Positions 10,042 to 20,152 are shown, numbered from the stretch's first letter. The stretch is DNA of 64,000 nt from an uncultured Gammaproteobacteria bacterium (GCA_964397195.1 CAYNGY010000001.1:269415-333414), one strand, 5' to 3'. Numbers and translations are program-made. Notes: generated from the sequence alone by a model not told the origin.

Positions 10042-10845
10042 ATGGACCAGGGTTTGAGCATCGAAACCAAGGGGCTGATCACGACCATCTGTCACCCTGA
10101 CGGACGCCTCGGCTGTCGTCATGGCGTCGACATCGTCAGCCTCGAGAATCGGCGGACGCGTTACCGCGCCTTTCGTACCGATCTGTACTACCCCGACGAT
10201 GCACTGGGGGTCCATATCCCGCAGGGCTACGTTCGCGACCTCGTCGCACGCGTGCCCCACACGGAGACCGAAGTCGAACAGGTCTGGGAGGAAGACTTCC
10301 GGATCGATCCGAGTACGCTGAGCGCCGGGCCGGAGCCGCAGGCGCCGCACGCGCCCGTCGGGACAACGCCCCGCCGCTTCGTCCGTCAGCACCCGCTGAC
10401 GGAGGTGAACGTCGCTCTGTCGGGCCCCCATGACGCCGGTATCGTCGGCTACCTGACCACCGTCGGCTGGACACTGCCGCGCGAGTGGTGGCAGTTGGCG
10501 AAGCTCGTCCATGGGGAATGGGTTCTGCCGCAGCCGGAGGAGCTGAGGACCGAGCCGATCGAGACCCATGGCCAGATCATCGACTTCCTGCATCCCGACT
10601 CGATCGACGTCGATCGTGACCTGATGAAGTTCATCATGGACGGCACGGACGACCTGAAGCGCCAGACCTTCCCGGGCGAGGGCAAGCGGACGCACACGGT
10701 CAGCGGCCCGCTCGGCTGTCTCGGGCGGCAGGTCCTGAGCAGTTTCGGGAAGGATCTGATGGCCGAGTACCGGAAGCTCTCGCTCGACATCACTGGCCAT
10801 GACCACAAGCTCACCATCCACTTCGGATGGAGCTGGATGCCCTAG
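10042..10845 (+). CDS. hypothetical protein (high-GC segment)
   Basis: 267-aa ORF; a + strand rho-independent terminator follows immediately; the competing minus-strand ORF would start inside that hairpin. Confidence 0.55.
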   Translation: MDQGLSIETKGLITTICHPDGRLGCRHGVDIVSLENRRTRYRAFRTDLYYPDDALGVHIPQGYVRDLVARVPHTETEVEQVWEEDFRIDPSTLSAGPEPQAPHAPVGTTPRRFVRQHPLTEVNVALSGPHDAGIVGYLTTVGWTLPREWWQLAKLVHGEWVLPQPEELRTEPIETHGQIIDFLHPDSIDVDRDLMKFIMDGTDDLKRQTFPGEGKRTHTVSGPLGCLGRQVLSSFGKDLMAEYRKLSLDITGHDHKLTIHFGWSWMP

Positions 10846-10865
10846 GCATCCGAACCGCACCACGC

Positions 10866-10906
10866 GGCCGGGCGCGCACACTGCGCGTCCGGCCGTCCCT
10901 TTTTTT
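10866..10906 (+). terminator. rho-independent terminator
   Basis: GGCCGGGCGCGC-acact-GCGCGTCCGGCC hairpin followed by T7. Confidence 0.8.
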
Positions 10907-10937
10907 ATCCCAAAAAACGTGATACCATGTTCCTACC

Positions 10938-12224
10938 ATGGCTGAAATAAAAAAAAGCCAGACATCGAACTCCAAGAAAACGCTCGTCCAAAATCCGCCA
11001 ACATCGAAGGCGGTTGTTTCGCGCCCAAAAAAAACGAGCGCCTCGTCAACTGTTGTTAGTCCTGCCTGGACCCAGAAAACGGCGCCCGTCATAAAATCGG
11101 CGCCGGCCAAGTCGACGCCATCCGTTCCACTGGCAAATCAAGTGTCAGTTTGGCCGTGGCTGTGGGTGGTCCTGCCGAGCCTTGGAGGATCACTATGGTG
11201 GTGGTGGACGCTAGCGAAAGTCTTGGCACCGCGGCAAGTCGCCTGGACGGCGCCGGAGTTGCTGTGGTATCTCTCGATGGCGCTGGTGGCGATGGCGGTA
11301 ATGGTTGGTCCGGCCATGCTCGGCGGTTTCGTCATTCGCGCTCGACGCTGGATCCCGTTGATCGGATTTCTAGTATCACTCCAAGCCGTCTGGTTCTTCG
11401 CCATCGACTGGGCGACGGTCGTCGCGATCGGATCGTTCACCATCGGCATCTGGCTCGCCAGCGAAGGTGTCCGACGCGAAACCTCGAGTCGTTTACGGCT
11501 TGATATACGGAGCTCATTGGCGCATGTCATGGCCTGGGTCATCCTCAGTCTTTCGATTGCGGTTTCGGTCCTCCACTTTTCAGCGGCCCAACAGTCGCTC
11601 GATCCGGTACAGGACGTGAATCGATTGATTACACGGGTGGTTTCCGTATCGGAGCGCCTCGTGGTGCAGTTTTATCCGGCCTATCAACCCGAAATGACGA
11701 TTGATGAGTTAATTGGTGAGCAAATCCCGACCACCGATGAACTCTTGCACTCGCTGACTTCAAAGACCAACTGGTCCGGCGATGAGCGGCAGCAGATCAT
11801 TGACCGCCTCTCTTCCCTTGGTATCTCAGGGTTACAGGTCCCGCCAGCCGGCGCCAAGATTGACGTCGTCCGAACTGCACTTGATACAGAATTGGCGGCG
11901 GCCCGTGGGGAGATGTTAAAAGAACTACGGAGCGGAGTTAGTCAACAGCTCGGGATTGAGCTTGATGGGTCGGAGACGGTTCATGCGGCCTTAACACGAT
12001 TGGCGGATAGTCGGATTCGGTCCCGTGGTTCGGCGTTTATAAAATTCTTACCGCCAATTCTCTCATTAAGTATTTTTCTGGCGCTCCGGTTATTAAGCCC
12101 GCTGCTCGAGCTGATCGTTGTCGCCGCCGGGTGGCTGTGGTATCGCATCCTCCGGTCGGCCCACATTCTGCAAATTCGCACCGAACCGGCCGTGGCCGAG
12201 CGGCTCCGGTGGGGGAGTCATTAG
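10938..12224 (+). CDS. hypothetical polytopic membrane protein
   Basis: 428 aa with several predicted TM helices and a Ser/Thr/Lys-rich N-terminus. Confidence 0.7.
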   Translation: MAEIKKSQTSNSKKTLVQNPPTSKAVVSRPKKTSASSTVVSPAWTQKTAPVIKSAPAKSTPSVPLANQVSVWPWLWVVLPSLGGSLWWWWTLAKVLAPRQVAWTAPELLWYLSMALVAMAVMVGPAMLGGFVIRARRWIPLIGFLVSLQAVWFFAIDWATVVAIGSFTIGIWLASEGVRRETSSRLRLDIRSSLAHVMAWVILSLSIAVSVLHFSAAQQSLDPVQDVNRLITRVVSVSERLVVQFYPAYQPEMTIDELIGEQIPTTDELLHSLTSKTNWSGDERQQIIDRLSSLGISGLQVPPAGAKIDVVRTALDTELAAARGEMLKELRSGVSQQLGIELDGSETVHAALTRLADSRIRSRGSAFIKFLPPILSLSIFLALRLLSPLLELIVVAAGWLWYRILRSAHILQIRTEPAVAERLRWGSH

Positions 12225-12247
12225 CACTCTTGCCAAGAGAGTGCTAA
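12221..12247. promoter_or_regulatory. CIRCE operator (HrcA binding site) upstream of dnaJ
   Basis: TTAGCACTC-N9-GAGTGCTAA matches the CIRCE consensus exactly; 22 bp upstream of the dnaJ start. Confidence 0.85.
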
Positions 12248-12268
12248 TTCTGCTAGGCTACGTCCATT

Positions 12269-13354
12269 ATGGCGGCTGATTACTACGACCTCCTGGGGGT
12301 CTCGCGCACGGCGAATGCTGACGAAATCAAGAAAGCGTTTCGGGCGAAGGCGCATCAATTCCACCCTGATAAATCCACGGGCGACGCGGAGAAGTTTAAG
12401 CAAATCAACGAAGCCTATCAAGTGCTGAGTGACGCTGAAAAGCGCCAGCAGTACGACCAGTACGGCCAAACCTTTGATCAAGCCCGCCGTCAGGGCGGCG
12501 CCCCGGGCGGCGATCCGTTCGGTGGCTTCGGTGGGTTCCAGGGCGGAAATGTCGACTTCGGCGATCTTGGTGATATGTTCGGCGACATGTTTGGTTTTGG
12601 CGGATCAACGCGAGCAACAAAGCAACATCGCGGTCGCGATATCGCCGTGAGCATGGACGTGCCGTTTCAATATGTCATCGATGGCGGGGAACAGCGGATC
12701 ACCATCAAACGACTCCTCCAGTGTGAACGCTGTCATGGCCAAGGCGCCGAACCGGGCAGTGATCGCGCCACCTGTACCACCTGCCAAGGGAGCGGCCAGG
12801 TTCGTCAGGTCCAGCGGACGATTCTCGGAGCGATGCAGTCAGTTCAGGCCTGTCCCACCTGCGAAGGCGAAGGGACAACGATCAAGACGCGCTGTGACCA
12901 GTGTCGTGGCGAGGGGCGGATCGAAAAAGCTGAGCCACTCTCCGTAAAAATTCCGCCTGGTATTTCCGCCGGCCAGAAAATTCGAATTAACGGCCAAGGT
13001 GAGGCCGGGCGCCGGGGTGCCCCAGCGGGTGACCTCTATATTACCATCATCGTTGCCGAAGATGCCCGATTCGTCCGTGATGGCGACGATTTAACCATGA
13101 CCCGATCCATCCCGCTCTCGACCGCCACCTTGGGGGGCACCATCGACGTCCCGACTGTCGAAAAGGATGTGACCCTCAAAATCCCAAACGGGACGCCAAG
13201 CGGGCGGGAATTCATTATTCGTGGTCAGGGCGTGCCGCATCTCCGCGGACGGGGACGTGGCGATCTACGGGTCAAAGTTGAGGTTGTGATTCCGGCCAAG
13301 CTGAGCGCCAAGGCTAAGAAGCTGTTGAAGGATCTGCAGGCCGAAGGGCTGTAA
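12269..13354 (+). CDS. dnaJ: molecular chaperone DnaJ
   Basis: J-domain with HPD motif (AHQFHPDK), G/F-rich region, four CxxCxGxG zinc-finger repeats. Confidence 0.95.
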   Translation: MAADYYDLLGVSRTANADEIKKAFRAKAHQFHPDKSTGDAEKFKQINEAYQVLSDAEKRQQYDQYGQTFDQARRQGGAPGGDPFGGFGGFQGGNVDFGDLGDMFGDMFGFGGSTRATKQHRGRDIAVSMDVPFQYVIDGGEQRITIKRLLQCERCHGQGAEPGSDRATCTTCQGSGQVRQVQRTILGAMQSVQACPTCEGEGTTIKTRCDQCRGEGRIEKAEPLSVKIPPGISAGQKIRINGQGEAGRRGAPAGDLYITIIVAEDARFVRDGDDLTMTRSIPLSTATLGGTIDVPTVEKDVTLKIPNGTPSGREFIIRGQGVPHLRGRGRGDLRVKVEVVIPAKLSAKAKKLLKDLQAEGL

Positions 13355-13427
13355 TCCGTGTGGATAACTTGCCAAATGGGCTTTTTTGTGCTATACTCAC
13401 ATTTGCTAGAAATCAAATACATAGGAC

Positions 13428-14015
13428 ATGCCAACCGTAGCCTCGCTCGTCAGTAGTCAGACACAGGCAAAATCATTTGTGGCGTCAGTCGATTGGGCCC
13501 ATCCGAGCTGGGACCTGTTTATCATCCTTTTCTTCGTCGTCGCGGCGCTCTTATATGGGCTCTCCCTTGGTCGCGATCGGGTGATAGTTATCCTAATCTC
13601 CGTCTACATGGCCCTGGCGGTCGTCAATTCGGCGCCGGGCATCGGAAACTACCAGGCTGATATTGGTGTTGACCAGTTCTTTGTCTTCCGCGTTTCGGCC
13701 TTCGTGGTCGTGTTTGTCGCTCTCTTTTTCCTGATGTCGCGCTCGGCCTTGTTGGCCACGGTCGCCTCGTCGGACAAGGCAGGGTCGTGGTGGCAAGTGC
13801 TGTTCTTTAGTTTCTTGCATGTTGGGCTCCTGATCTCGATCACGCTGTCTTTCCTGCCACCGTCGGCATCGGCCCACCTCGCACCGCTCACCCAAAAGAT
13901 TTTTGTTCAGGATACTTCGCGATTCCTCTGGATTGTCGCACCAATTTTAGCGATGATCTTGATTAAAGGGGGAGCCGCCAAGACCCGCCGTCGCCGTGAA
14001 GACGACGACGATTAA
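13428..14015 (+). CDS. hypothetical membrane protein
   Basis: 195 aa, about 5 TM helices, acidic C-terminal tail. Confidence 0.65.
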   Translation: MPTVASLVSSQTQAKSFVASVDWAHPSWDLFIILFFVVAALLYGLSLGRDRVIVILISVYMALAVVNSAPGIGNYQADIGVDQFFVFRVSAFVVVFVALFFLMSRSALLATVASSDKAGSWWQVLFFSFLHVGLLISITLSFLPPSASAHLAPLTQKIFVQDTSRFLWIVAPILAMILIKGGAAKTRRRREDDDD

Positions 14016-14691
14016 TTATACGAATTCATTAATTAATGTCAGAACTATGACACACAGAGTGAAACAGGTTGCCGGGTTGGTGCTCGGTGGTTTGATGGTA
14101 GCCGGAGCTGCTGTCGCCGCCACGACCCATCCGTCACTACCTCCTATCGCACCGGTCCGCGAACCAGTGGTGACCGTGCAAACATACACGGGGAAGTTAA
14201 AGTCGGTTAACGATGCGGGCGCATCGATCACCATTACGGTGACTTCGCCGAAAAAGTCAGCCGGCGATAAGGTCATGACCGTGAATGCGGACACGATCTA
14301 TTACCTCCGCAACGGTGTCGTCACGACGCTTGGTAACCTCCAGGCGGGTGATGAAATTAAGGTTTGGTACCTTAAGCACCTCCCGAACGCGGCCTTGAAG
14401 GTCTGGGATCGGAAAGAATGGTCAAGCACGTTGACCCGAACGATTTCCGACATTGCCTACACGCCAGAGCAAGCCGCGGCCACAGGTGTCACCTTCACCC
14501 TGACGAAAGTGCGAGCCTCAACGTTGTATGATGTTGTGGCTGGCCCAGGGACCGTGGTAGAGAAAGTCGTCACCGGCGGCACAGAAGCCAAAACACTCAG
14601 CGACCTAGCGAATGCACAGGTGGTCAAAGTGACCGGGCTTTGGAACGACGCGATGAAGAAGCTGATTGCTTCCAAGATCGTCATCCAATAA
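13996..14691 (+). CDS. hypothetical secreted/membrane-anchored protein
   Basis: 231 aa, N-terminal signal/TM segment. Confidence 0.6.
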   Translation: MKTTTINYTNSLINVRTMTHRVKQVAGLVLGGLMVAGAAVAATTHPSLPPIAPVREPVVTVQTYTGKLKSVNDAGASITITVTSPKKSAGDKVMTVNADTIYYLRNGVVTTLGNLQAGDEIKVWYLKHLPNAALKVWDRKEWSSTLTRTISDIAYTPEQAAATGVTFTLTKVRASTLYDVVAGPGTVVEKVVTGGTEAKTLSDLANAQVVKVTGLWNDAMKKLIASKIVIQ

Positions 14692-14717
14692 AATCAGATT
14701 CGAAACAACACCCTCGC

Positions 14718-15719
14718 TCACGCGGGGGTGTTTGGTATGGCGCGTTCGATGTCGGCGATCAGTGCACGGACATCGTCAACTGTTTCGACGGTCACGGCCT
14801 GACGCCGCAGAGCCGCCGCTCCCGGGAATCCGGTGATGTACTTAGCGAGGTGTTTCCGTAGTTCGAGCAGGCCGCGTCGGCCTTTTGTTTCCTGCGCTAA
14901 TTCCGCATGGAGAATCATTGCTGCCGCCGGGCTGAGCGTAGCTGGTGCCACATGTCCGGTCAGCAGAGATCGGGTTTCTTGAAAAATAGTCGGATGGCCC
15001 CAGGCGCCACGGGCGATGCCAACACCGTCCGCGCCGGTCGCGGTCAGCATGGCGACCGCATCATGGGCTGACGTAATTCCGCCGTTGGCTAGCACGACGC
15101 CCGGGAAAAGGCCTTTGACACGTTTGATGAGGGCATGGTCAACCTCGCCGCCATGACCGGCCTCGGCGGTGCGGCCGTGGACCATGACCGCAGCAATCGG
15201 TAGATCACGAAGTTCGGTCAGAAAATCAACGGCCGTGACGCGTGTCTCATCATCAGGAGCGACCGAGACGCGTTCTTTCCGGATACTGGCGCGAATCTTG
15301 ATGGACACGGGTAATGACGTCGCGCCGAGCGCCGCCTCAACGAGCGTTCGCGCATAGGCCGGGTCGCGCAGGAGCGATACGCCGGACCCGGATCCGACGA
15401 CTTTTCGTGCCGGACAGCCGAAGTTGATATCAAGTCCGTCGAACCCAAGCTGTTCGATCTTCTTCGCGGCGGCGGCGAATGCCTCGGGGTGTTTCCCGAA
15501 AATTTGGGCGACGACCGGATGTTCTTCAGCGCGGTGGTGCAGTTTCGCAATGACACTTGGCGCGCCGTAGGCAACCGCATCAGAAGAGACGAATTCCGTA
15601 TAGACAACATCCGCCCCGCCGCGTTTGCAGACAACACGAAACGCTTCGTCGGTCACCCCTTCCATGGGAGCGAGGGCGAGAATGGGTCGGGTTAGCTCAG
15701 ACCAAAAATTGCTCGGCAT
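14718..15719 (-). CDS. tRNA-dihydrouridine synthase
   Basis: 333 aa, TIM-barrel Dus signature (LAPMEGVTD..., FMN-binding motifs). Confidence 0.88.
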   Translation of the reverse strand: MPSNFWSELTRPILALAPMEGVTDEAFRVVCKRGGADVVYTEFVSSDAVAYGAPSVIAKLHHRAEEHPVVAQIFGKHPEAFAAAAKKIEQLGFDGLDINFGCPARKVVGSGSGVSLLRDPAYARTLVEAALGATSLPVSIKIRASIRKERVSVAPDDETRVTAVDFLTELRDLPIAAVMVHGRTAEAGHGGEVDHALIKRVKGLFPGVVLANGGITSAHDAVAMLTATGADGVGIARGAWGHPTIFQETRSLLTGHVAPATLSPAAAMILHAELAQETKGRRGLLELRKHLAKYITGFPGAAALRRQAVTVETVDDVRALIADIERAIPNTPA

Positions 15720-15742
15720 ACGACCCAGACTCTACAGAGTTT

Positions 15743-17155
15743 TTACTTTTTTCGCAACCGAGGCCCCTCGGGGCCGTCGACGATCACAAATCCCTGGGCC
15801 TCGATTTTGGCGCGGATTTTGTCGGCGGTCGCAAAGTCTTTTTTGGCCCGCGCCGCCATTCGTTGTTCGAGGAGTGCGGCTAACTCCGGTGTGGGTGTAG
15901 CGAATTCGTCACCTAGGTTTTGCATATGGAGTCGGGCTTTATCGGGAGTAAGGTCGAGACCGAGGACGCGGTCGAATTGGGCGATGGTAGCCATTTTCTC
16001 TGCGCTTGGCACAGCTTTATCCGCCAGAAGATTGTGCATGATGCCGATGGCTTGGGGAATGTTGAGATCATCGTTCACGGCCGCGGTGAACGAAGCTAGG
16101 TACGCCTCAGCCGGTTCAGCATTCGATGGTTCTGACTCTTGGGCGACGCGGGTCCATACATTCATGATCGCTGTTGCCGCCGCTTGGAGAGATTCCGCGG
16201 TGTAGGATAGCGACTTTCGGTAATGCGTCAGTAAGCACAAGTATCGGTAGGCGAGCGGATCAACTCCAAGCTCACCGAGGAGCATGGCATTTCCTTCCGA
16301 CTTGCCCATCCGTTTGCCCGGTAAGACGAGGAACTCACCGTGCATCCAAACCTTCACAAAATCATGATATCCGGCGCCCTCGTTTTGGGCGATTTCATTT
16401 TCATGGTGGACCGGGATGTGGTCGATACCGCCGCAGTGGATATCAAGGCCATTCGGGAATTCGCTGATCGACATAGCCGAGCACTCGATGTGCCAGCCGG
16501 GGAACCCAACGCCCCATGGGCTCGGCCATTCCATTTGCCGCTGCTCATCCGGTCGCGAAAATTTCCAGAGCGCAAAATCACTCGGGTTCTTTTTTTCGTC
16601 GTTGACTTCGACGCGGGCACCCGCTCGTTTCTCGGATGTTTTTTGCCCGCTCAGTCGGCCATACGTGGCGTCCTTCGACGTATCAAAATAGATGCCATCA
16701 CTCGTCTGGTAGGTAAAACCACTCGTCTCGAGTTTCTTGATCAGATCAATCTGGAGGGCAATAGTTTCTGTAGCCTTCAAAACTACGGTTGGCGAAACGA
16801 TGTTTAGTCGGGCGAGGTCACCAAAAAAGATCTGGGTGTAGTGTTCCGCAATCTGATATGCATCTTTGTGCTCCCGTTTCGCTGCGGCCTCAATTTTATC
16901 AACGCCCTCATCTTGGTGGTCGTTATGACCGCTCAAGTGGCCAACATCGGTGATATTCATGACGTGCTTTACGGCCAAGCCGTTAAAACGTAAAACGCGG
17001 GTCAGCAGATCCTCAAAAATATACGTTCGTAAGTTCCCGATGTGGGCAGAGCTATAGACGGTCGGACCACAGGTATATAAACCAACCGACGATGGAGCCA
17101 AAGGCGTCAGCAGTTCCTTTTTTCGGGTCAGCGTATTATAGAGAGTGATTGGCAT
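15743..17155 (-). CDS. cysS: cysteinyl-tRNA synthetase
   Basis: 470 aa, class I aaRS HIGH (HIGN) and KMSKS-type motifs, CysRS N-terminus (LYTCGPTVY). Confidence 0.93.
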   Translation of the reverse strand: MPITLYNTLTRKKELLTPLAPSSVGLYTCGPTVYSSAHIGNLRTYIFEDLLTRVLRFNGLAVKHVMNITDVGHLSGHNDHQDEGVDKIEAAAKREHKDAYQIAEHYTQIFFGDLARLNIVSPTVVLKATETIALQIDLIKKLETSGFTYQTSDGIYFDTSKDATYGRLSGQKTSEKRAGARVEVNDEKKNPSDFALWKFSRPDEQRQMEWPSPWGVGFPGWHIECSAMSISEFPNGLDIHCGGIDHIPVHHENEIAQNEGAGYHDFVKVWMHGEFLVLPGKRMGKSEGNAMLLGELGVDPLAYRYLCLLTHYRKSLSYTAESLQAAATAIMNVWTRVAQESEPSNAEPAEAYLASFTAAVNDDLNIPQAIGIMHNLLADKAVPSAEKMATIAQFDRVLGLDLTPDKARLHMQNLGDEFATPTPELAALLEQRMAARAKKDFATADKIRAKIEAQGFVIVDGPEGPRLRKK

Positions 17156-17241
17156 ACGGTACGGACAGTGTAGCGGACAAGAGGGAAAAAGAGAACCCCC
17201 GACGGGGGCCGCCGGGGGTAAACCAAAGGACTATCGTGACC

Positions 17242-17433
17242 CTAGGTGAAGATTTGGAGGGTCGTTAACGTCCAAAGTGCAAGGCCAGCCATGATGGTGG
17301 CACCAAGCGTGGTACCGCCAGCAACTTCGACCATCCAGTGTTCTTTTGCTTTCGCTGGGGCGACCGGTGCGGCCGGTTGTGGGGCCGTTGGTTGAACGGC
17401 CTGGACCGAGGCGGTCGGATTCATATTGTCCAT
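17242..17433 (-). CDS. hypothetical small membrane protein
   Basis: 63 aa, Pro/Ala-rich with a C-terminal TM; a GC-rich hairpin plus T-run follows on the minus strand. Confidence 0.4.
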   Translation of the reverse strand: MDNMNPTASVQAVQPTAPQPAAPVAPAKAKEHWMVEVAGGTTLGATIMAGLALWTLTTLQIFT

Positions 17434-17502
17434 AGTGTGTTTGTGTTTTATTTTTTTCGTATCCGCTCTCCGGAGAAACCCGGATACGGAGCTCAGATAG
17501 AA

Positions 17503-18531
17503 TTAAGCTTCAGTCGATCCGGCCTGAGCGTCCGGTGTCGTTGAAGGTCGACCTTTGTTTTCATGATTATTGAAACACTCGAGATCCGCCGCCCATTCCG
17601 TGAGAACAATCTCGACATCTTTTGCGGTGACTGTGGGCGTTGAATCTTCCTGTTGTTTTTGAATCGCGCGCAGACGGACTTTCGCCGCCGCTTCATCCAT
17701 GGCATCAATCGCTTTGTCCGGAAAGTGGCGGTCGGGGAGAACGGTAGCGGAACGATCGACGGCCTCGCGAATTGCGTCATCTGAAATCGTCACCCCATGA
17801 TGTTTTTCGTATCGTGACTTCAAGCCCTGCAAGATGGCGACGGTTTCCGTCGCGCTCGGCTCTTTGACGAAGACTGGTTGGAACCGTCGCTCGAGGGTTA
17901 CGTCTTTGACGATCTTCTGTTCATACTCACCCTCGGTCGTTGCGCCGATTGCCTGAAGTTCACCGCGCGCGAGCGCCGGTTTCAGAATGTCGGCCGCGTC
18001 AATCGCCCCGGTTGCTTCGCCGGCTTCGGCGAGCGTGTGTAGTTCGTCGATAAACAAAATAATATTTCGTTGTGAGGCTACAACTTCATCGAGGATGGCT
18101 TTCAGTCGTTTTTCAAATTCGCCACGATACTTTGTCCCGGCCACGAGTCCGGAAAGATCGAGCGCAAGAATGCGCTTCCCGCGGAGTGGGGAGGGGACAG
18201 TGCCAGTGGAAATCATATTTGCTAAGCCCTCGACGATCGCCGTTTTTCCGACGCCGGAATGTCCGACGAGTACGGCATTATTTTTTGTGCGTCGGGACAG
18301 GATCTCGATGACACGATCAATTTCATGTTGACGCCCAATCACCGGATCAAGTTTGCCGCTCCGTCCGAGCGCCGTTAGATCTTGCGAATAGAGACCGATG
18401 ATTGAGCCGCGCACGCGATACCGAATATTTTCGCGGAGGAGGACAACGCCGAAGACAAGAAAAATTCCGGCAAAGACAAAGAGCGCGATCCAGCCAGTCG
18501 GAGTTGAAATGAAATCAAGAAAAGCGTTCAT
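17503..18531 (-). CDS. membrane-anchored Clp/Hsp100-like AAA+ ATPase (single nucleotide-binding domain)
   Basis: 342 aa: N-terminal TM, then a ClpA/B D1-like domain ([15 protein letters not shown], Walker [10 protein letters not shown], sensor motifs); no second AAA domain. Confidence 0.8.
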   Translation of the reverse strand: MNAFLDFISTPTGWIALFVFAGIFLVFGVVLLRENIRYRVRGSIIGLYSQDLTALGRSGKLDPVIGRQHEIDRVIEILSRRTKNNAVLVGHSGVGKTAIVEGLANMISTGTVPSPLRGKRILALDLSGLVAGTKYRGEFEKRLKAILDEVVASQRNIILFIDELHTLAEAGEATGAIDAADILKPALARGELQAIGATTEGEYEQKIVKDVTLERRFQPVFVKEPSATETVAILQGLKSRYEKHHGVTISDDAIREAVDRSATVLPDRHFPDKAIDAMDEAAAKVRLRAIQKQQEDSTPTVTAKDVEIVLTEWAADLECFNNHENKGRPSTTPDAQAGSTEA

Positions 18532-18540
18532 GGTCGCGGA

Positions 18541-18684
18541 TTACGATTGGGACGTCGAAAGAATGATCCCGAGCACCGCCAAGCCAAGTGCGCCAACCGC
18601 GGCGAGAATAATAACCCCGACCGATACCTTCTTGGCCACCGACGTTTTTGTGGTGGTCACCGTTTGCTGTCGAGAAGTGTTCAT
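18541..18684 (-). CDS. 47-aa single-TM peptide, translationally coupled
   Basis: MNTSRQQTVTTTKTSVAKKVSVGVIILAAVGALGLAVLGIILSTSQS; its ATG overlaps the upstream stop as ATGA; below the ORF-track size cutoff. Confidence 0.45.
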   Translation of the reverse strand: MNTSRQQTVTTTKTSVAKKVSVGVIILAAVGALGLAVLGIILSTSQS

Positions 18685-19406
18685 GTGCGCAACATCAAGA
18701 CGAGAAAGAAGACGGCCGCACTCGCCATCACGTAGCCGAAGGTCAGGCGTGCGTTGGCGGGGATGACGGTTGTCGAAGTCGGTTCCGAAACATGAGCGGT
18801 CTGAGCATTCTTGACGCGGTGAAGCCCAAGGGCAATTCGTTCGTGTTGATCGGTCGTAAGATGCACATCAAGTTTTTCGAGATGTGTTTCTAGACCTTGA
18901 ATAATGAGTCGGACACGATCGGCCGCGCCTCGAGCCTGTGCAGTGAGCGCTACTTGTTGGGCACAATCTTTGAGCAGTGCTTCACATGAACGAGTGAGCA
19001 ATTCTTCCGCCGTGATGTGGGACTGATCAGCCATGGAATCAGCGAGATGGTGAATCGTTCCGGCCGGTGTTTCGCCGACCACCAACAGAAACTTTGGATG
19101 ATAGATGAGCTGGAGGTCAATCCCGACTACACCGCCGGTCGTGCGCCACGGTATGACCAGCTGGAGGTGGCAATACGAACGGTACACATCGATCGCTGAT
19201 TCACGGGGGATGGCCTCAAGCTTCTCGACATCAAGCGGGTGGATACCAAATTCACCGATCAGTCGCTTGACATCGGTTTCATCGAGATGCGTCGCGCGGA
19301 CGAATAACGCCGCGCTTGTTTGGCTGACATGAATTGACATTTTTCCTTTGGTTTTTTGCTTTTCTGACGTTATTGTAGCACGTTTTTCGACAAAAGTCAA
19401 CTTCAA
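18681..19406 (-). CDS. hypothetical protein with C-terminal TM (CorA-like N-terminal fold possible)
   Basis: 241 aa, single C-terminal TM; first gene of a three-gene minus-strand operon. Confidence 0.55.
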   Translation of the reverse strand: MKLTFVEKRATITSEKQKTKGKMSIHVSQTSAALFVRATHLDETDVKRLIGEFGIHPLDVEKLEAIPRESAIDVYRSYCHLQLVIPWRTTGGVVGIDLQLIYHPKFLLVVGETPAGTIHHLADSMADQSHITAEELLTRSCEALLKDCAQQVALTAQARGAADRVRLIIQGLETHLEKLDVHLTTDQHERIALGLHRVKNAQTAHVSEPTSTTVIPANARLTFGYVMASAAVFFLVLMLRT

Positions 19407-19446
19407 TAAATATGATTCAGGGCGACCGTGCGACGGTCGCCCTGAG
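19401..19446 (-). terminator. rho-independent terminator (minus strand)
   Basis: Perfect 11-bp stem CAGGGCGACCG/CGGTCGCCCTG followed by a T-rich run on the minus strand. Confidence 0.75.
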
Positions 19447-19463
19447 GTGCGTTTCGAGAGCGG

Positions 19464-20141
19464 CTAGTAGTTGCCGCTCGGGAGCGTGTTGACGGTGATG
19501 ACCGCCTCGCTGGACTTCGACCCGGAGTAGGACGTGACCAGCAGGTGAACGGTCTGACCGATGTTCTGGAATGTGAATCGAACACCGTGGACGCGTTCGA
19601 TCATGCCGGGTCGCCCGCGCTCGTCCGGCCGATTCATCGACTCGAGTGCCAGGCAGCGATCGGCGCCGGCGCGAGGTCCGTGTTTGAAGACGGACTCCAG
19701 GTCGTCGGGATCAGCCAAGTAATCGATCTCGACTCCGGTGATCACCGGCCCGCCCTGAGGAACGACCCAGAGCGTGAAGCCCCGAGCGCCGTCGGTCCAG
19801 ACTTGGCCGCCGCCGTAGAGCGTTTCGGCCTTGAGCGGCCGACGCCGGTTGTGAGACAGCGGATCAGGCAGGGCATTCCACCGGACGACGTACCGCGGCT
19901 CGACCATCACGCCCTCGGTGCTACTGCGCTGCGAGGCCGCGCGGCCATCACCGTGGTGGTGACCGGCGTTGCTGGCGTCGAAAACGACTTCGAAAACGCC
20001 GCTTCGCGCATGGACACCGTTGCCGGTGACCGTGACGCTCGGCTTCTCGCGCGGTGCGATCTTGACGCGGGCGTCGGCCATGGTGGTGAAGCCGATGAGC
20101 GCCATCAGGATCAACGCGAACTGCATGAACTTGTTGCGCAT
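19464..20141 (-). CDS. hypothetical secreted protein (high-GC)
   Basis: 225 aa, signal peptide MRNKFMQFALILMALIGFTTMADA, GGAGG SD. Confidence 0.65.
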   Translation of the reverse strand: MRNKFMQFALILMALIGFTTMADARVKIAPREKPSVTVTGNGVHARSGVFEVVFDASNAGHHHGDGRAASQRSSTEGVMVEPRYVVRWNALPDPLSHNRRRPLKAETLYGGGQVWTDGARGFTLWVVPQGGPVITGVEIDYLADPDDLESVFKHGPRAGADRCLALESMNRPDERGRPGMIERVHGVRFTFQNIGQTVHLLVTSYSGSKSSEAVITVNTLPSGNY

Positions 20142-20152
20142 GGCGCTCCTCC

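Noticed and set aside
9847-10881. 344-aa minus-strand ORF overlapping the 10042..10845 plus-strand gene
   Set aside because: Its start would lie inside the stem of the + strand terminator at 10866-10906. Long antisense ORFs are expected in high-GC DNA. The plus-strand ORF has the terminator in the correct orientation.
17434-17502. Hairpin GTATCCG...CGGATAC near the end of the Clp-like ATPase gene, as a terminator
   Set aside because: The T-run precedes rather than follows the stem on the + strand, and becomes an A-run on the minus strand. The orientation does not fit an intrinsic terminator for either strand.
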